Shown here one piece after another: positions 59,960 through 64,000 of a DNA stretch of 64,000 bases. A model generated the notes under the pieces. It had not been told where the DNA came from. It searched no databases and worked only from the letters and a program-made list of their open reading frames with translations. The stretch comes from Felis catus (lineage: Eukaryota). The DNA is taken from NCBI RefSeq assembly GCF_018350175.1, contig NC_058368.1, positions 3,286,001 through 3,350,000 of the forward strand. The letters are read 5' to 3'. Positions within the stretch are counted from its first letter, which is position 1, and each line of letters starts with the position of its first letter. Both the position numbers and the translations under genes were made by a program.

Positions 59960-60200
59960 TGAACACTTGCATAGCACATACAATAGCACCCACGCTGATC
60001 TAGGAACGTTACTTGTTCAAGGCTGTTTCTTCCTCCTAATCCCCCTTGAATGTTGTATTATTATCTTTCTCGTTTACAGATGTGGGAACCATGACCCAGA
60101 GAAGCGAGGGCTGTCGCCCAATGGTACTCCCGTTGGTACTCCGGAATCCAGGAGTCTGGTCCCAGTGTCCACATCCATCCACTATATTCCCTATCGCTTC
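59960..60200 (-). mobile_element. MIR
   Basis: tattattatctttctcgtttacagatgtgggaaccatgacccagaga. Confidence 0.7.
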
Positions 60201-60356
60201 ACCATAAAGGTCTTTGGCCCAACCTCTTGACAGTCATGTCCTGAAGTCAGCTTGTTTCTTTGGAATGACATGTCATTTCAGTTGCTGGTCCCATTATTCC
60301 AGGAAACATAAGCACAGCTAATCCATACAGAACCTGTCTTAACGCAATATACAGTC

Positions 60357-60730
60357 TTTTTATTTTTTTAAATATAATTTATTGTCCGATTGGTTTCCAT
60401 ACAACACCCAGTGGTCATCCCAACAAGTGTCCTCCTCCCTGCCCATCACCCGCTTTCCCCATCAACCCTCAGTTTGTTCTCAGTATTTAAGTCTCTTATG
60501 GTTTGCCTCCCTCCCTGCCTGTGACTTGTTTTTTTCCCTCCCCCTCCCCGCTGGTCTTCTGTTAAGTTTTTCAGGATCCACAATGAGTGAAGATATATGG
60601 TATCTGTCTTTCTCTGCCTGACTTATTTCACTTAGCATAATACCCTCCAGTTCCATCCACGTTGCTGCAAATGGCCGGATTTCATTCTTTCTCATTGCCA
60701 AGTAGTATTCCATTGTATACAGAAACCACA
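60357..60730 (-). mobile_element. Felid/carnivore L1 3' end
   Basis: ORF 60480-60731(-) WFLYTMEYYLAMRKNEIRPFAATWMELEGIMLSEIS is the L1 ORF2 end; TSD atasagtctt. Confidence 0.95.
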
Positions 60731-61367
60731 TAGAGTCTTGACGCCAAGATTCCTCTTAGCCCCGCCTACATCACAGAGACTACAATGGCCATGAGTTCCA
60801 GCAGGGGGGTTTCAACCACCTGAGCGGCGCATCTTTGTAGTCAGGGAAACAGCAGTGTACAAGACACTTTGAAAATCTTTTCACTAGCTCTGGATTTAGG
60901 AGTCTCACTTCAATATTAAGATATACACGAAACTCTCCTGCCTCCTGACCTCAAGGTACCGGAAGTACCTTGAATTTGACTCATACTGAAAGTAATCTCT
61001 TGCTCAGTGGCCTTTTTCTATCACCAATAAGCTTCTGTTTGCCCTTCCTGGAACAGATCTCGATTTTGACTACGTTTTAGATATTGGCTATTAATGCATA
61101 TGTAGATGGCAGTACAGCCTATTTGTTAACCTCAAACCAATGGTTTATATTTCTCTAAAATGAAAGAGATGGTGATGAGCTTTTTCCTTAAATTCCAGAT
61201 AGCAATAAATTATTGACCTTTTTTGTTTTTTGTTTTTAACTTCATGATCCTGTCAATCACTGACAGTTGAATAAATGCCTCTAAAAACCTACCCCTTAAT
61301 AGATTTGCATTTTTTTAAGACACATCTTTTTCTGCCCTCTATTTTTAATGGGTTTTTCCTTTCCTTT

Positions 61368-61580
61368 CTTTTTTTTTTTCTAATGTTTATTTATTTTTGA
61401 GACAGAGACAGAGCATGAACGGGGGAGGGGCAGAGAGAGAGGGAGACACAGAATCGGAAGCAGGCTCCAGGCTCTGAGCCATCAGCCCAGAGCCCCACGA
61501 GGGGCTCGAACTCACGGACCGTGAGATCGTGACCTGAGCTGAAGTCAGACGCTTAACCGACTGAGCCACCCAGGCGCCCC
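61368..61580 (-). mobile_element. Young CAN-SINE (SINEC_Fc)
   Basis: TSD ttcctttctttt. Confidence 0.96.
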
Positions 61581-61616
61581 TTCCTTTCTTTTCTAACTTT
61601 AAATTTCTTTAAAAAA

Positions 61617-61838
61617 ATTTTTTAATGTTTATTTTATTATTATTATTTTTTTTTTTTTTGAGAGAGACAGAGCATGAGTGGGGAAGGGACAGAGAGAGAA
61701 GGAGACACCAAATCCGAAGCAGGCTCCAGGCTCCGAGCTGTCATCACAGAGCCAGACGGGGACCCAAACTCAGGAACTGTGAGATTGTGACCTGAGCCGA
61801 AGTCGGAAACTTAACCCACTGAGCCACCCAGGCGCCCC
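61617..61838 (-). mobile_element. CAN-SINE (SINEC_Fc)
   Basis: TSD aactttamatttctttaaaa. Confidence 0.95.
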
Positions 61839-61873
61839 AACTTTACATTTCTTTAAAATCTCGGCATAAGTCA

Positions 61874-62065
61874 GGACGCCTGAGTGGCTTAGTCGATTAA
61901 GCTTCTGACTTAGGCTCAGGTCATGATCTCACGGTTCTTGAGTTCGAGCCCCACTTAGGTGCTCTCTACTGTCAGCACAGAGCCTGCTTCTGGCCCTCTG
62001 TCTCCCTTTCTCTGCCCCTCCCTTGCTTGTGAGCCTGCACTCTCTCTCTCTTATAAATAAATAAG

Positions 62066-62100
<35 letters not shown>

Positions 62101-62122
62101 ATATTTAAAAAATAAAATAAAA
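61874..62122 (+). mobile_element. CAN-SINE with (AAAT)n tail
   Basis: TSD cataagtca. Confidence 0.93.
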
Positions 62123-62499
62123 TATCAACATAAGTCAATATTTCAAAAAATGATATTTAGGGTAAGTGACATTTTAACAGTCATTGTTTTGTCTTTGATC
62201 CAAATAATCTGTGTTTTCTTTGTTTTCCCTTTTGCCTATAATCCTTCCACATGGTTCAGTCCTCCAATCGTGAAAGTGCATGGGTGCGCGGGTGTCTCTG
62301 ATGGGTGTAAGTGATGGACAGGAAAGGCCCAGGGGGTCGGTGGGGGAGAGGAGACGGCTGCTTTACCATGATACAATAACACACTATGGGTCTATGCTTT
62401 CTTGAAACTATTCCAATTAAGGTTTCATACTCACCCACCATACTCTGGAATCACCAAATCTTCCCCCAAATGTTCCTGTGGCCCATCCAGTAATTGATA

Positions 62500-63570
62500 G
62501 GAATCCTCACTAGTCACCTTCTCAGAAATATTTGACCAAGTTGATCACATTTCCCTTTAAAAATGTGATGACTCAGTTTATAGGACACCTTACTTTCCTG
62601 GTGACTTTTTTGCAGTCACCTTTGCTACTCAAGATTCAGACCTATTATTTTGTCCCATCATATTTATTTTGCAGGTGATCTCATGCAATCTTATGCTTTC
62701 AATATCAACCATTCACTGATGCATCTCAGATTCTTATGTCTAGCTTTAGCCTTGAGCCTGAGACTCACTCTTAAATATACAACTTTCTACTGAACATCTT
62801 CGCTTAGATGTTTTGAATTTAATACATCCAATACTGATTCTTGATTTTCCTCCTTAATCTGCTCCTCCAATTTTTTTGTGTTTTAGTAAATAACAGTTTA
62901 TGCAGTTGTTTGAACACGTAGCAATCACTTTTTGTTCACTCTTTCATCAATATTTCATCCCCAAAGCACATCTACCTAACTGATAAGAAGATGCTGACAA
63001 TGTCAAACTGATAATTGTCTTAGCTCAGGCTGTCACAACAAAGTGCCAAAGACTTGGTGTCCGAAACAATAGAAGCTAACTTTCTCATAGTTCTGGAGGC
63101 TGGATTCGAGGAGCTGGCAACATAGGTTCATCCTGCAGTCTTTTTTCTTGGGCTGTAGGTATCTGCCATCTTGCTATATGCCCACGTGACACACATCTTT
63201 CTTTCTGCATAGATGAGAAAAAGAGCAAGCTCTCTGGTATTTCTTTGTATAAACACTTAACCTAATGACAACCCCACTCTCATGACCTCTCCTAAACTTA
63301 ATTACCTCCCAAAGGCCCTACTTCCAAATATCATCACATTGGAGATCGTCATCATATGAATTTGTGGGGACACAAACATTAATCCAATATAGTCACATAT
63401 GAGTCTCACGACCACCATTGAGTTTCAGTGCCTCCTTTGCGACACCCTAGATCAAACATCATCATCTCTCTCCCGAGTGCAGTGACACCCTAATTGGATT
63501 CTCATATGTCCCTGTTGCTACTTTACAGACTACTTTCCATAAAGCGTCCAGAGAAATCTTTTAAATTAAT
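62500..63570 (+). mobile_element. L2 fragment interrupted by MLT1
   Basis: atttgaccaagttgatcac; gatctcatgcaatcttatgctttcaatatc; caactttctactgaacatcttcgcttagatgt. Confidence 0.75.
63016..63395 (-). mobile_element. MLT1A/B-like solo LTR
   Basis: tgtcttagctcaggctg...tctcatagttctggaggctgg...taattacctcccaaaggccc...atatgaatttgtgggggacacaaacatt. Confidence 0.9.
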
Positions 63571-64000
63571 TGTACGTTTTAATAGGCGATTCTGGTACAG
63601 GGTAGCCTCCAGAACATTTGGTTTTGTCAATAGCCATGTTTTTTCTCTCATCACGAGGACCACAAATTAGAGAGTCTGAGAGCTTAGAGGCACACGTCTG
63701 TTTGTCATTCGGAGGTGCAATGAGGCCTTCTTTGAACTGTTCTTAAAAGTCTAGGTCATCCTATTCCAACTCCCTGTGAGGTGCTAAAGCTGTATAATAA
63801 AACGTTGATCTGCTCTGCTGGGGGAAAAAAACAATGGATAATATTGCTGGCCATATCTTACCACAAAACAGAGTCATTAAACTTGCAGCTTAGTAAAATT
63901 CATGGAAAATTTAAGTCTTAAAAAGCAGCAATACTAAAAGCTAAACAAACAAGAAATATTGAGGTATAAATGTCACAAAATATGATCAAGATCTGTACCC

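Noticed and set aside
60951..60973. Perfect 9-bp hairpin TCAAGGTAC-cggaa-GTACCTTGA overlapping an ETS core
   Set aside because: A few such short inverted repeats are expected by chance in 64 kb, and it is too short for a miRNA precursor
2372..61569. Many ORFs of the type MAQSVKRPTSAQVMIS...LSLSQK or their antisense RERETE... versions
   Set aside because: They are translations of CAN-SINE consensus, not genes
414..62122. tRNA-like A/B boxes (tggctcagtcgg, gttcgagccc)
   Set aside because: These are SINE heads followed by CT tracts and A tails, with no complete cloverleaf tRNA gene
1..64000. CRISPR-like arrays, prokaryotic systems, intact retroviral or transposase genes, processed pseudogenes
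   Set aside because: No regularly spaced repeat-spacer array, no long ORF and no recognisable mRNA-derived segment; the repeats are dispersed eukaryotic retroposons

Overview
Mammalian genomic DNA, almost certainly felid, because it carries about 45 tRNA-derived CAN-SINEs of the SINEC_Fc type plus carnivore L1 3' ends. The window is repeat-rich: CAN-SINEs, decayed L1M/L1MA and carnivore L1 fragments, L2, MIR, MaLR (MLT1) solo LTRs, hAT-Charlie relics (MER5, MER58, Charlie1) and microsatellites. Nearly all ORFs in the supplied track are chance frames or translated SINE/L1 sequence. The only protein-coding signal I can support is a phase-consistent chain of GT-AG-flanked + strand exons at 638-717, 795-1004 and 1796-1838. 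I do not recognise the product. The chain may continue at 3047-3171 and 3429-3547 through one in-frame TGA. The rest looks intergenic or intronic, with several repeat-poor islands that look like enhancers (about 17.8-23 kb, 28.3-31.2 kb, 38.8-40.1 kb and 54.3-55.3 kb, the last with a TAATCC/T cluster). I found no rRNA, true tRNA gene, CRISPR array or intact autonomous element, and nothing that justifies claiming a new biological system. The best leads are the unidentified exon chain and the candidate enhancers. Repeat subfamily names come from recalled consensus features, and boundaries are approximate.
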